In this document: positions 33,538 through 48,941 of the stretch, piece after piece | How the letters are laid out: every line of letters starts with the position of its first letter | Numbering within the stretch: the first letter of the stretch is position 1 | Origin: the human T2T-CHM13v2.0 reference genome, Homo sapiens | Assembly: GCF_009914755.1 (NCBI RefSeq) | Contig: NC_060925.1 | Reading direction: 5' to 3' (one strand) | Length of the DNA stretch: 64,000 nt | Notes under the pieces: model-generated | Told to the model about the DNA's origin: nothing | Seen by the model: only the letters and a program-made list of their open reading frames with translations | Database searches by the model: none | Program-made: the position numbers and the translations under genes

Positions 33538-33845
33538 GTCTGGGTGCGGTGGCTCACACCTGTAATCCCAGCACTTTGGGAGGCTGAGGCGGGAAGATCA
33601 TGTCAAGAGATCGAGACCATCCTGGCCAACATGGTGAAACCCCGTTTCTACTAAAAATACAAAAATTAGCTGGGTGGTGGTGCGCGCCTATAGTCCCAGC
33701 TACTCGTGAGGCTGAGGCATGAGAATCACTTGAACCCAGAGGCAGAGGTTGCGGTGAGCTGAGATCACGCCACTGCACTCCAGCCTGGCAACAGAGCAAG
33801 ACTCCGTCTCAAAAAAAAAAAAAAAAGAAAAAGAAAAGAAAAGAA
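33538..33845 (+). mobile_element. Alu (AluSc-like)
   Basis: Full dimer plus A tail. Confidence 0.93.
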
Positions 33846-33877
33846 AGTAAATTAATTAGAAAGATGTATTAAATTCA

Positions 33878-34257
<380 letters not shown>

Positions 34258-34655
34258 TTATGCATTTAATAAAGAGCAGAGTGCCAGTATTTGTTGTGAA
34301 GCCAGACAGAATTAACATGGTACTCCTGTTCCCTCACAGAGTGACCCCAGTGGCTCCAGGGCTAGATCACCGTTAGCCTAATTCCTAATCTTTCCACAGC
34401 TTTCCAGTTGCAGAGCTGTTAATCAACAGTGAATGCACAGTACATTCCATATTCTATTACTTTACATTAAGAAATGGGAGTCAGGAAATGTTAAATCATA
34501 AGGTTTTTGGAGGAGGAAGATTAGTAACATGTTTAAAAACATGCTTCCTCTTAGCCAAGGGCAAAATAGGTTTTGGCTATTTTCTCCTATTCTCGCAGTT
34601 AAAACGGACAATCAACAATAAAATATCAATTTCTTTCTGATTTGTCTAATTTCAG

Positions 34656-34841
34656 AAGTAAATTGTAGCTTCCCACTGTTTATGAATGGAATCTCGAAGG
34701 AGTTAGAAATGAAAAAAGTATATCACTATGGAGATTATGTGACTTTGAAGTGTGAAGATGGGTATACTCTGGAAGGCAGTCCCTGGAGCCAGTGCCAGGC
34801 GGATGACAGATGGGACCCTCCTCTGGCCAAATGTACCTCTC
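34656..34841 (+). CDS. CR1: CR1 exon 35, SCR30
   Basis: ctaatttcag|AAGTA...TCTC|gtaagt, 186 nt; [62 protein letters not shown]. Confidence 0.97.
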
Positions 34842-35637
34842 GTAAGTGCAAGTGCAAGGAATGTGGGATCTTCCCGGTCATGGTTATTGCTCATTCATTC
34901 ATCCATATTGGCATCAAGTGTAGTGTGATGTTTATGGCATATGCTATGAGCTATAGAGTACAATATGAGCATCCACCTATTCCAAAACTCCCATAGTGAG
35001 AGTAAGGCCAGACTTCCTCTTCTCATACTTCTCACTGCAGCTCTGCACCTTTTTTGTCTATATCACTTTGTGGTTGCATGAGCCACACAGTAATGATTTA
35101 TTTACAGCCTACGAGCCTTACAAGAAATGTTTTCAGCATGAGTTAGGGAGCACCTTCCAAGCTGCAGAGAGCAGCCGGCCTGTCTCCCTCACTACTGGAG
35201 GGGACAGGATTTTAAGCTAGCACAGCTGGATAGAGCAGATTTAGAAATTACGTATCATTGAGCTCTGTAGAAGAGTAGCCCTCTGCTGGCAACTGGAAGG
35301 TACTGTAAGATAGAAAACTACCCACATCATGGAGCAGATGAGCAAAGTTAATAATGAACAGCCTTTCTTAATCCAAGTTAGTGCTACACTTTCCCTTCTC
35401 CCCATCTCTTATGACTCTTCTAATACATGGTTCTACACCAAGATTGTTCAAGATCCAGTTTTACAATTAATCCTGTAAATATGCTAATATGACTCGCAGA
35501 TAATATTTCTAAATTATCAGCTTGACACTCCCTTAATATCAAATTATATTTGCTTTTTTGGCAAAAATCTCACTGGATAACTTACTAAATGCTTTTAGAG
35601 TATTCTGAAGATCTGGCTGGGACTGACAGAAAATTCA

Positions 35638-36067
<430 letters not shown>

Positions 36068-36748
36068 TTAACAATAAAAAGGTTGTTAGGTGAACACCCA
36101 ATACAAAGCAAGGATGTGATGAAACTGATATTGTTGTGTGTTGAAGGTACTATTGTAAATTTGCAAAAACTCTTATGAAAAACAATTATGAAATGTATGT
36201 GGAAAATAATACAACTATTCCTGCCAGTTAGCCCTCCTAGAAATTTAATCTAAGGAAATAATGTAAAATATTAAAATATTCTATGCATTTTATTAAGGGT
36301 TTCATGAGACAGAAACCTAGAAACAAGCTAAATGCACAATAGAAGTCATTGAATACACTATGATGCATCTACTAGATTATGTTAGTTTGCCTTTGTTGTA
36401 ACTTATATTTCTAGTATATAATTATGTGAAAACACACATATAAGGAAATGTACCAGAACAGAATGTATCAAAACATTTTTTGGGTATGAGGATTGGGGTG
36501 ACTTTTTTCTTTAGTTCTGTATTATAAATTTTCTTCTGTAATTGTATTAATAATAATTTTTAAAAGTCTTCTCTGAGTGCAGAAGGTAAAATGAGAGTAT
36601 GTGAATGAAACCAATGGCTTTTTGCATTAGAAAAAATATTAGACTGAGTCCTGAAGAAAAATCAGGATGACTTGTCACTGGCTGAGAGGTCCTGTTCAAT
36701 CATGTTGCATGCCAGAGTGATGTTTTGTGACTTTTGTCTTCCTTTTAG

Positions 36749-36772
36749 GTGCACATGATGCTCTCATAGTTG
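36749..36772 (+). CDS. CR1: CR1 exon 36, 24-nt juxtamembrane micro-exon
   Basis: cttccttttag|GTGCACATGATGCTCTCATAGTTG|gtaagt; (R)AHDALIV(G), frame-preserving link from SCR30 to the TM exon. Confidence 0.95.
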
Positions 36773-37768
36773 GTAAGTTTTATGAAAGTTTTGCTGAGGA
36801 ATTCTGGCATCTATAACAGTAAGTACCTACCTATAATGAATGAAATGTAAAAAGAGAGATCAAAATGTCTTGAGGTGTAAAGAGATCAAAATATCTTCAG
36901 TTGTAAGTTCAACTAGAAAGAAAATAATGATAAGTTAGGCCACAATATGGTGAAACTGGCATCGTCATATGCATACTAAATAACCTTCATCAAAGGCTCT
37001 TTACTATCTTTGAACCATTACAAATGAATAATCATTCATCAGTGTCAAAAATTCTTTATTTGAATGTGGTGGGAGAATGCAACTTCTTCTTTCAGTTGTA
37101 ACCTGGAGTATGCTTCCAGATGGTGATCCTGCTCATTTGCACAAATAGAAAGCCATAAGACCAGTCTTCTGAGCCCATATCTGTGATTTGCCTAAATAAG
37201 AATAGTTTTGTAATAAAGTTTGCTTCCAAGGGAATACTGTGGCATATTACTCTTACATCCCTTTTTACGCATCTGGACACTGAGACACAGAGAGTTAACG
37301 TAACTTGTCCAAGACCACAGAATGGGGTAGCCTGGGTCTACTTATCTGTGGAGACTGTGCACTTTAACAATCAATAAATGGACAAAATGACCTAAATATG
37401 TAATTCAACAAGAGAGAGAATTCCAGTATTTTCACAATGAAATGCCTGTGTGTTAAGTCTTAGGCAAGAGACATGGGCAGGGCCATGGAGAGCTGATGGC
37501 CAGCTGCCCCATCACGGTTCTCACTTACTTTTGGAAAAGCTGACATTGGACTAAACGTTACAAAACGGCTCAGCTCACACCTTAACTTTAATAACCCTGT
37601 GGGAGTGAGACTAATGCTATAGAAACCCAGAGTAAAGCAGAATGTATAGTTACATCTTTAAAAAAAAAAAAGCATTGGCAATCTGTAGTGGGACTGGATA
37701 CTAAGATAGAATTTAAAACCTGTAAGTTATATTTTCCATGCATTTAATTACCTTGTTTTACTGCCTAG

Positions 37769-37844
37769 GCACTTTATCTGGTACGATCTTCTTTATTTTA
37801 CTCATCATTTTCCTCTCTTGGATAATTCTAAAGCACAGAAAAGG
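37769..37844 (+). CDS. CR1: CR1 exon 37, transmembrane segment
   Basis: ctgcctag|GCACT...AAAGG|gtaagt, 76 nt; [26 protein letters not shown] (hydrophobic helix plus basic stop-transfer residues). Confidence 0.96.
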
Positions 37845-38074
37845 GTAAGTATAGCCATATTATCCCAAGAAATGTAAACTGTACTTACCCCCTCTTGGAA
37901 GTCAAAAGAAAGTAAAAGACAAACAAACCCATTGCTACATAAACAGATGTGGTAATTCTTATAAAGAAAGTCCTTGACACACAGTATAGACAAAGAGGTA
38001 TTCACACTAAAGGAAGTATATAGGATACTAAGAACAATTAAAAAATAATAATAATAACAAAAAAAAGACCATTT

Positions 38075-38398
<324 letters not shown>

Positions 38399-38659
38399 CA
38401 TTTTAAGAAGGAATTGAGTTTTACAGAAAGAGAAAGTAGGCAGAAGGGGTTTTTAAATAGTTGTTCATGAGGCTGTTTGATATCCTAGTTTTGCTAAGAC
38501 ATTGCAGACACTGACCTCTAAGCCCAGATCCTATCATAGCACTAGAAGTTAGATTGGGTCACTTATGGCACACATATCATATGGCACACATAGGCTGCCA
38601 GTGGGGAAGAATTGAAACTTTCCATTGGGTATTTTAATATATAAACAAATATTTTGTAA

Positions 38660-38980
<321 letters not shown>

Positions 38981-40243
38981 ATCATTAATTTTTTAAATTT
39001 GAAAGAAAAAAAACTTGCAAAGACTAAGATCTGAATAAAGAAACGTCTTTGACAGGGAAGAGAACCTACACAGCTTTTGTACTGGTTGATTGAATTATAA
39101 CAACCTCAATGAGGCCAGAATCAATAATATCAATGTTATATGGTTGATGAGCAAGTTCTATACCCATAGAAAAACTGAATTTGTAACTTTTAAGTGAACG
39201 GTTTTCTATAGCAAATATTCTAAACAAGTACAGTTTCCTACAACAAGCTTTACAGAAACTGAAGTTTTGATATTTCACAAAGATGCCAATATACTTTTTA
39301 AAAAGTAGTTTGTCATAGTAGATCTTGCTGTAAAGAACCTAGACAGGAACTCAATTTCATGGAAAAATACTGAATTGGTAGATATTTAAATTTAAATATC
39401 CATCCTTCCTAACTAATGTTCTCTATATTTTACGGCTTGACATATATTCTTTGCTCTTTTCCATTACAAAAAGAAAAGGTAAGTAGCTGGGCACTTTACC
39501 TTAACAAAGTACTTGTGTCAATACATTTTTCCTCTTAAAGTTTCTCATTAAGTACCATATAATTAGTGAGTTAATTTTTTAAAAAATTACTACTACGTCT
39601 GAATTAAAGGAGTTGGGGCTTCTAATTTTCTGTATCTATATCAGTCTGTAGTTAAAACCACACAGGGGAAATGATTATCCCTTCTTCTTGGAAGTATTCA
39701 AGATACTTTAATATCTTGAAGATATTTGATTATCTCCACCCTTCTAACTATGTCATTCTTCATTACTTATGGTCCATTCCTTGTTAATCAACTAGAGGGT
39801 CACACTCCCAAGCCTAACTATTGATTTGTTTCACCTACATAATTTAAGATCATTTCCTCATATTAATCACCTTCAGGCATAAACATGACTCAATAACCAT
39901 TTCATAAAATTATTTCTTTGGAAATGATTGTCTTGTAAAGTCTAAGCAACCTGAGACCATATACCATTTCTTCATGTTTTCCATCTCGTAAAACCTGCCT
40001 CCTATTTTTTTCATATTCTTTAAAGTGTAATGTCCATGGCACAACCATTCTCTCTCTGACCAGTGGCTACCAGAAATGTGGCAGAAAGAAAGATCATGAT
40101 CCTTGTTAGACTTAAAGGTCAGGGAGGTAAACCTCCCAAACATCTATGTAACCCACACTAAAACCTATTCTATATGTGTAATCCAGGAAAGTTTTTAAAC
40201 ATTTTCTAAACTTTTACTTTTGACCTGTTTCACTTCTTGGGAT

Positions 40244-40971
40244 TGTAACTGCCTGATGTGTTCTTCCTGCCTGTCATACAGACAAAACCAGTTCCCTGAG
40301 ATAATGGCATATTGCAGTAAAGAAAGAGATGAATTAATACAAGGCCAGTCACGTGGAAGAACTGGAGTTATCACTCAACTCAGTCTCCCCAAGAACACAG
40401 GGGCTAGGGTTTTTATAGATCATTTGGTAGGAAGGGAGCTAGGGAATGGGTACTACTGATTGGTTGGGGATGGGGGTGTGGGAAATGTTCCTCATGTGCT
40501 GTGTCCACCTCTGGTTGGGGGCCACAGGACCAGTTGAGTCATGAGTCACAGGTCCAGGTAGAGTCAGTCAGTTGCCAAATGCAAAAACCTGAAAAACATC
40601 TCAGAAGACCAATCTTATATTCTACATAGTGATGTTATCTATAGGAGCAATTAGGGAAGTCACAAATCTCTGAGCAGTAATGGATTATAAAACCTATGCC
40701 TATATTTTAGCAGAGTTCAGGTCCCTCTCCTAATCCTAATCTCTTGGCCTTTCATTAGGTTTCAGGTCCTGAGCAAGGAGAGAGCTAGTTTTAGGAAGAG
40801 ACTGTTATTATCCTTGCTCCAAAGTTACATTATAAACTAAATTCCTTTCATGGTTAGCTTGGCCTACACCCAGGAATGAGCAAAGCCGGCCCACCTGTGA
40901 GGCTAGAAGCAAGATGAAGTCAGCCATGTTAGATTTCTTTCACTCTCAGAATCTTTGCAAAGGTGGTTTCA
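40244..40971 (-). mobile_element. ERV1 solo LTR, LTR8/MER4-group-like
   Basis: Minus strand begins TGAAACCACCTTTGCAAAGATT and ends ...AGTTACA; near-TSD GGAT/GCAT. Confidence 0.7.
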
Positions 40972-41510
40972 GCATAGTGAGTGCATTTATCTAACAAAAC
41001 ACCACTGATTTTCATGTTAGAAATAACACATAGCTAAAACTGGGAAAAAGAAGTAATAAACTTAAATAATCAGAAGGCAGAGGTCCCTTCTTTCGGAAGG
41101 AGTTGGGCTGATTAATCATGCAGTCATACCTCCTTGAGTGGGTGTGGCCAATAAGCTAAGTCATTGTGGCTATGTGAGGAGGGCTGATTATTCCTTATCT
41201 GGAGCTCAAGCTTTCCTCACAGAAAGACAAGGGCATAAAGGGCCTCATGGCAAAGAAGAAGGAAGCCATGTGGGAAACACAGACTATGAGTGGAGAGTAT
41301 CGTAGTGGTCACCAAGTCAGAAGAGCCATTTATCCTGGAGCTAAAAAAGACTGACAGATATAGAATAGTGTAGAACAAGATGGCCTGCTCTATGGGAGAG
41401 CCACAGTCACACCAGGCCTAGAGAGGTGCAGGCTGACTTCTACCTCAAACACTGGAGACAATTCAGAAGCTGCATAAGCAGTCTGAAGACTTACTAAGAA
41501 ACTAAAATGA

Positions 41511-41915
<405 letters not shown>

Positions 41916-42304
41916 CTACTTTAACTATCCTAGTAAAGATGACATGACCCCACCCCCACATTCCCAGTCTCTCTTATCCTGCTTTATTTTTTTCATAGCC
42001 TTATTCTCTTTTATTATAATTAATTAAATAATTACATTCCATGTTTATTCTCTCTCTCCCTCCATGAAGTCGGGGATTTTTGTCCTATCTTCACCAATGG
42101 ATACACAACAAATCTAAACTGTCCCTGGGACAAAGAGAGTCTCAATAAATATTTATCAAATGAATGAGTGAGCTACACACCACTAACAGTGTTACCACAA
42201 GGGGAAATTTCTGCCGTAATTCTCTACCAAGTTGAACAGTGCGTCTTTAACTTGTCCTAAACTTACTCCAGGTTTCAAGGCTGCTCCTTGTTCTAATATA
42301 CCAA

Positions 42305-42840
42305 CTGTCTCAGTCTGTTGGTATATATACTTGGGCAGTTATAACAGAAACTCCATAGACTGGGTGGATTCAATAAGCATTTAAGCTGGGTGCAGTGGTA
42401 CCTGCCTATAGTCCCAGCTATCTGGGAGGCTGAGGCAGGAGTACTGCTTGAGCCAATGAGTTTAAGGCCAGCCTGGGCAATATGGTAAGACCATGTCCCT
42501 AAAAAACATTATGTCATTTCTAAAAACCAAGCATTTTTTTCTCATAGTTCTAGTGGGTAGAGAGTCCAAGGTCAAGGCAACTGCAAATTCAGTGTCTGGT
42601 GGGGATCGCTTTCTAGTTAATAGACTTCAATCTTTTCTCCGTGTTCTCAAATCAGAGAAAAGGAGTAAAGGAGCTCTCCTGGTCTCTTTTCTAAGGGCAC
42701 TAGTCCCATTCACAAGGGCTCTGCTCTCATGATCTAATTACTTCTCAAAGGTCTCACCTTTGAGATCCTATAGTAATTAGATCCTATAAATTTTCAACAT
42801 ATAAATTTGGAAAGATACAAACATTCAGTCCATTGTACCA
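42305..42840 (-). mobile_element. MaLR (MLT1A/MST-like) LTR interrupted by an Alu monomer (~42385-42505)
   Basis: catagactgggtgg...ctcatagttct...gagtccaaggtcaagg...acattcagtccat. Confidence 0.65.
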
Positions 42841-44499
42841 ACACTGCATTTGGTAAGCACATATGCTTAAACGATATCACACTTGATTTCATGTGCCTTC
42901 TCAATCCTCAGCTTTCCCTGATTAAGAATACCTAATTACTCTGCCCATTTCCTCTGCACCCTCCACCTTGGCCTTTCCACTCACTATTACTACTATCTCC
43001 TGCCTTCTTGGTCTCTACTATTCTCCTCACCATCCCTGCTCCCTGGACTATGATCCCCTGTGAGCAGGGACCACCTATATCCACCCAAAGCAATTTTTAT
43101 TTAATGATTTTTTAATCTCTACTTGTACAGCAGTCAAAATTAATAATAAGAGTAGAAATGGTTAATGTATCTACAAAAAGAGTTAACATGTTTATTTATA
43201 GGTTTATTTACCATTTATTATCTTCTTTGGTCCTCAAAGCAACTCTGTGAGGTAGGTAGGCCCAATCATATTGTTATCCCAAAGCATAAAACACTCTAGG
43301 TTCAAAGAAATTCAGTGGCTTGTTTAAAGCCAGTAGGAAGTTGTTAGGAATTAGGCCTTTAGTCCAGATTATTTAACTGGAAATCTTGAACTCTTTGTGC
43401 TAGTATTTTGACAATGTTAGTTGCCATTTCTGAATCTGACTCTATATTACTGAAATTCAGTATCCAGAACTGTACATAGTACAAACCTAAAGTATTTTCC
43501 TTTTTTCTTTCAATATTCTTTTTCTCCCTATATTTTACTGAGTTTGTTTTAGCTACTTTGGTATATTGAACCAGTATCTTTCTAGAGAACCGTATGCAAT
43601 CTCTACTTTTTTTACTCTTTATTCTGAGTCATTAGGCTATAAAAAATTAAGGTATTTCTTTAAGGGCATCTTTCCATATTGAGATTTCCTGGCGTTTCAC
43701 ACAGACTTGGCAAGTTCTTCCTGTGATTTAATCTCACTGCCTTGTTATTTCACTAGTTAAAAATATGCGCCTGCACGTTTTGATATTTCACTGTGTATTT
43801 ACAACAATAATTTGTGATAATGTTAAATAAGATAGGTCATAAGATAGGTCATGCACTCATCAGTGAGGAATAATACTGGTTAGACTTCTTCATTCAGAGC
43901 CCATTATTGCCTCTTGTTACTGCCTCGTACCCACTCCCATTTCTACACAAAACAGCCTTGTCCACAGTCAAAATTTCAAAGTTTCCATTGTTGTGATGTT
44001 TAGAATGATAAAATACTTAAGGCCATCCTCTGTGAAGTCTCCCTGAATTTTCCTATGTTCACATTAACCACCAGTAACTAACCAAATAGCTCTTCATTCA
44101 ACATATACTCACCGAGATCATATTCTCCAAAACCCCATGTACCACTCATCACCCAAGACCACCTTCAGAACACTACTCATCTTACCACTTAACCACCACT
44201 CCTTGGAAGGTCATACCACCTGGCTATATACCACTCCACTCTTCCTCATCCATGGATCTCAAGTGTGCCTTCCCTGTCCTGTGAAAACTCTGCCCCCTGA
44301 AGCAGTCTGCCTCTTTTTCTCAAATGATGCTGTCATTCTAATTTCCATAAGATGGTAAAGAATAACTGAGTGATGAGGAAACAGTGGTACATGTTGAAGT
44401 GAGTTAACTCTTCAAGCTTCCATTCTAAAACCCCTAATACCAACTCATACATAAAATCTCCAGGTACTGGTACTGTTTTATCATTTCATTGATAAAAGA

Positions 44500-44730
44500 T
44501 GAAGTGTTTATTAACCCCCAAAGAGGCAGTGTACCATACCAAGTGAGGGTGAGGGCTTTGCAACCGCTAAGGCCTGTGTTCACAGTCACTCACTCTCTAT
44601 GAGACCCTGAGCAAGATACTTATCCTCAGTAAATTTCATTTTCCTTGCCTGTGAAATGGAGATAATAATAGTTACTACCTTACTTAACATAGTGCCTCAT
44701 TTATGATGCATGTCAGAAAATGTTAGCTAT
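44500..44730. mobile_element. MIR SINE
   Basis: gagaccctgagcaagatactta..cctcagt..tttcc..cctgtgaaatggagataataatagt..ctacct MIR core. Confidence 0.65.
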
Positions 44731-45271
44731 TATTTACACATGATTGTTATTACTGATATTAAAAAGTGAGTAAATATTTCTTTTTACTGTTAGTTCTTAA
44801 ATACCTTCATGACAGCTACTGCTGCTCCCCTAACCGTGGATATTGCTTGTACAGAAAACAGAACACATATCTTCACTATAGGAGAAAAAGGAAGCCTCGT
44901 GTAACACTGCAGTGCAAAGTCATTCATGTTGTGCAGCTTAAGTGTCAAAATCTCGATGTAAATCCTATTTACTAATCAAAATTATGTCAGAAATAGTGAA
45001 ATGTATTAAGGCATGGACATCTGCCTATAAACAATTTAGAGTACTCTGACAGAAAATATAGGATGATTTTAGTATTATTTTCTAATCTAAGTTTTTGCTT
45101 AGTATTAAAAGATGAGATTTGGTTATGATTTTCCTTTCAGACGTCTTGCAAAGATATCAGGAACTTAAGGCAAATAATACCTTAAATTTCAAAATGCAAA
45201 TTACTAATTTCTTTCAAAACAGATACTTAAATGATTAAGACAGTTTTTCTATTTTTTTCTCTGCCAATTAG

Positions 45272-45376
45272 CAATAATGCACATGAAAACCCTAAAGAAG
45301 TGGCTATCCATTTACATTCTCAAGGAGGCAGCAGCGTTCATCCCCGAACTCTGCAAACAAATGAAGAAAATAGCAG
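45272..45376 (+). CDS. CR1: CR1 exon 38, cytoplasmic tail
   Basis: ccaattag|CAATA...AGCAG|gtacct, 105 nt; [34 protein letters not shown]. Confidence 0.96.
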
Positions 45377-46036
45377 GTACCTATATACATACTGAATTCA
45401 AAATGTTTTCAACAACTCAAATATCAAAAATGGAAACAGGACTTGAATATGATATTGCACTAGGTAGGTCATTGATACCAAAGAATTTAGAAAGTACTTC
45501 AGGAGTTGGAAACTTCTTTTTTTTTTATTGGATTATTATTGTCATTTCCACTGTTTTGGGGTGATGACTCTATAAGTTAGTACAGTCACAGTCACTACTT
45601 TTTCAAAGCATTCCTATAATTTCCTGTATTTATGCTATGAAACTTTGAGAAGTAGTATGCTTTTTTCTTGTGGAACCCAAGAATTTGCTGCCTGCTTGTA
45701 CCTCCAAGTCTTCCAGCTTCCCTTAAATGCACAGAGTCACTTTAATGTCCTCTAGAGACTTTCACTTTACCTCCCCAGCCACCAACCCCCTTGATTTCTG
45801 ACTTCCACTGAATTCTCTACTTCATTTGGCCTCTTTGACTGCTCCTTCTTTTGGTCCTCATTCCCTTGGGCTTATTAAATACCTAACCTTTCATTCTACC
45901 TATTCAAAGCAGGCTTACTGCAAGCTGTTGTGCAGTACACATTGCTAAAGATTTGGGGTGAAAAGGGAAATTATACCATTATCAAAAGTGGTATGTATCA
46001 ATATTAGAAATCACTGAACTGAAAAGTAACTAGTAC

Positions 46037-46255
46037 ACCAGGGACCTGAAAACTACCACCTGTGAGCCAAATCCAGCTGGCCACTTGTTTTTGTGAATAA
46101 AGTTTTACTGGGGCACAGCCACACCCAATCGTTTGTCTACTGTCTCTGGCTCCCTTTTATACTACAACAGCAGAGCTGAGTAGTTGCAACAGAGACCCCA
46201 AAAGCCAAAAGTATTTACTATCTGGCCCTTTAGTGGAAGACTTTGCTAACCCCTG
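46037..46255. mobile_element. MER58-type DNA transposon remnant
   Basis: cagggac..gagccaaatccagctggccacttgtttttgtgaataaagttttactgg...gtatttactatctggcccttt...aacccctg. Confidence 0.75.
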
Positions 46256-47182
46256 AACTATATCATACTATGAGAAATTTCTCACTGGCTAGCTCCCCTT
46301 TTAACCTGGGCTTTCCATCCTCTTCCCAGGCCTCTCTCTCTCATTGGATACTCCTCTCTTTTGTTCAAATCTTTACTGCATTCTCAGGGTATGCAGTAAA
46401 TACAGGCATTCAGACTCTCGGGCTTCTTGCAAATTCAAAACTCCATTTTTCTTTAAAATTCAGAGCAATTTATTTGGCTCTGGCTTACTTTGGCTATGCC
46501 CAAGAATCCTAAAATGTCCTACCCATAGGTGTTTGGAACATTTTCAGGAATAAGATCACCATATGCCCTAGAACAGAATTAGGCCAGTCCTGTAGAAAGC
46601 AGAAGCAAAAGCACCACAATCATTACTGAATTTCCTTTCTTTATGTCCTACCTCTTTCTCATATACCTGTGCATTAATCTAAATTTGGCATGTTACACCT
46701 ACATACATCAGAAATCCTAAATTCAACAGAGGACAGTGGAAGGGGCCCCAGGAAAAGTAAAGGAAGTGGAAAAGGTATTTTATAGTTAACCAAAACATAA
46801 GTAGAAGCAATTCAAACTTTTCTAAACAAAAAATTACAGATTATGTCCTATTTTCTCCTATAATAGAAATGAATTTGCAATGCCCTGTTTATTATCTGTC
46901 TTCCTAGTTGCTTTGCTTCTAGCTTATTTGTCATTACTGTTTATGAAAACAAATGAAATATGCATTGCTTTTTTAAAATTCAGAATTGATATTTTACTTT
47001 TTGAAGCTTTAATGTTTATCTGGCCTGATCCTTCTCAAATGGGCATATGTATACACTGGGGGATACATGGCTAATGCTAATATACCAAGGGGATATAAAA
47101 ATCATAAGATGAAAATGGCATGGTTTCCTAGAGAATATATTTTTCTAATATTACTCCAATAGTTCAAATAAAAATTGTATTA

Positions 47183-47612
<430 letters not shown>

Positions 47613-48490
47613 CTATGTCTCCAAAGTTCTTGCGTGAGGCATTCATTTTCCTTTACTATCAGAGTGCTATGGGGGAAAAGTCAGGCAGAACTGATTCAGG
47701 GCCAGCTGTGTGGCCACTCATTTACAAACAGACGAAATAACAGCAGACTGGAAGAACAACAACCATTTTTACAAGAGTTCATTTTAAAAATATTCCACAA
47801 TGATAAATTATTTGATTTAGCCTCATTCCTGTCAGATTACCTGCCTAAAACACTTTTCCGCCTTTCTTTCTATCTAAATTCCCTGAACCCAGCTCCAGCT
47901 CTGAATTCAATCAACCAAGATGCTCTCCCAAACAACTCTAGTCCAAAATGATATCTCTCTTTGAAACTCACATTTCCTGACTACACCATTTAAAAAATAA
48001 ACTAATTTATTTTAACAGTAATATCTCATCATTGTTAAAAACAAGAAATAGGGGAAAATATAAAAAATATAAAAATTACCTGCAATAATCTCTATCTAGT
48101 AGTATTCTTAAGCTTCTTTGCATATTATTAGACATTTGCATATACACCTTGAGATTATATTGATTGCACAATATTGAATCCTGCTTTTTTTACCAAATGA
48201 CAAACATTTCTCCCATCATTATAACAGTACATAACCTATAGTAATTGACATTTCCTGTGTTGTTTTTTGCCTGTTAACTCTATTGCATTCATGTAGTTGC
48301 TTATTTATTCTTCAAACATTCTTAGCCACTTACAATGTGCCATACATTGTGCTTATGTGTGTTTTCTTTTCCATGCTAAATTAACCTCTGATGAATAGAG
48401 ACAATTTTTTAAAGATCTCCCCAATCTCTGAGTATAATCAAATGAGAAATGTTCAGTAATCAACTGAGCACGTTAATCAATTGAGAAATT

Positions 48491-48941
48491 TTTCATGCAC
48501 GTCCCTGTGAAGAGATCACCAAACAGGCTTTGTGTGAGCAACATGGCTGTTTATTTCACCTGGGTGCAGGCGGGCTGAGTCTGAAAAGAGTCAGCGAAGG
48601 GAGATAGGGGTGGGGCCGTTTTATAAGATTTGGGCAGGTAAAGGAAAATTACAGTCAACGGGGCTTTGTTCTCTGGCGGGCAGAAGTGGGGGTCGCAAGG
48701 TGCTCAGTGGGGGAGCTTTTTGAGCCAGGATGAGCCAGGAAAAGGACTTTCACAAGGTAATGTCATCACTTAAGGCAAGGACCGGCCATTTACATTTCTT
48801 TTGTGGTGGAATGTCATCAGTAAAGGCGGGGCAGGGCATTTTCACTTCTTTTGTGATTCTTCAGTTACTTCAGGCCATCTGGGTGTATACGTGCAAGTCA
48901 CAGGGGATGCGATGGCTTGGCTTGGGTTCAGAGGCCTGACA
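48491..48941 (-). mobile_element. Solo LTR7 (HERV-H), antisense, in the last CR1 intron
   Basis: Minus strand TGTCAGGCCTCTGAACCCAAGCCAAGCC...TATAAAACGGCCCCACC...AATAAACAGCC...GCATGAAA; 5-bp TSD AAATT at 48486-48490 and 48942-48946. Confidence 0.93.

Noticed and set aside
34842-34996. Read-through of the exon 35 donor giving a ~50-aa extension (KCKCKECG...PKLP*)
   Set aside because: Consensus GTAAGT donor, no recognised paralogous use and no adjacent poly(A) signal noticed; weaker than the exon 36 case
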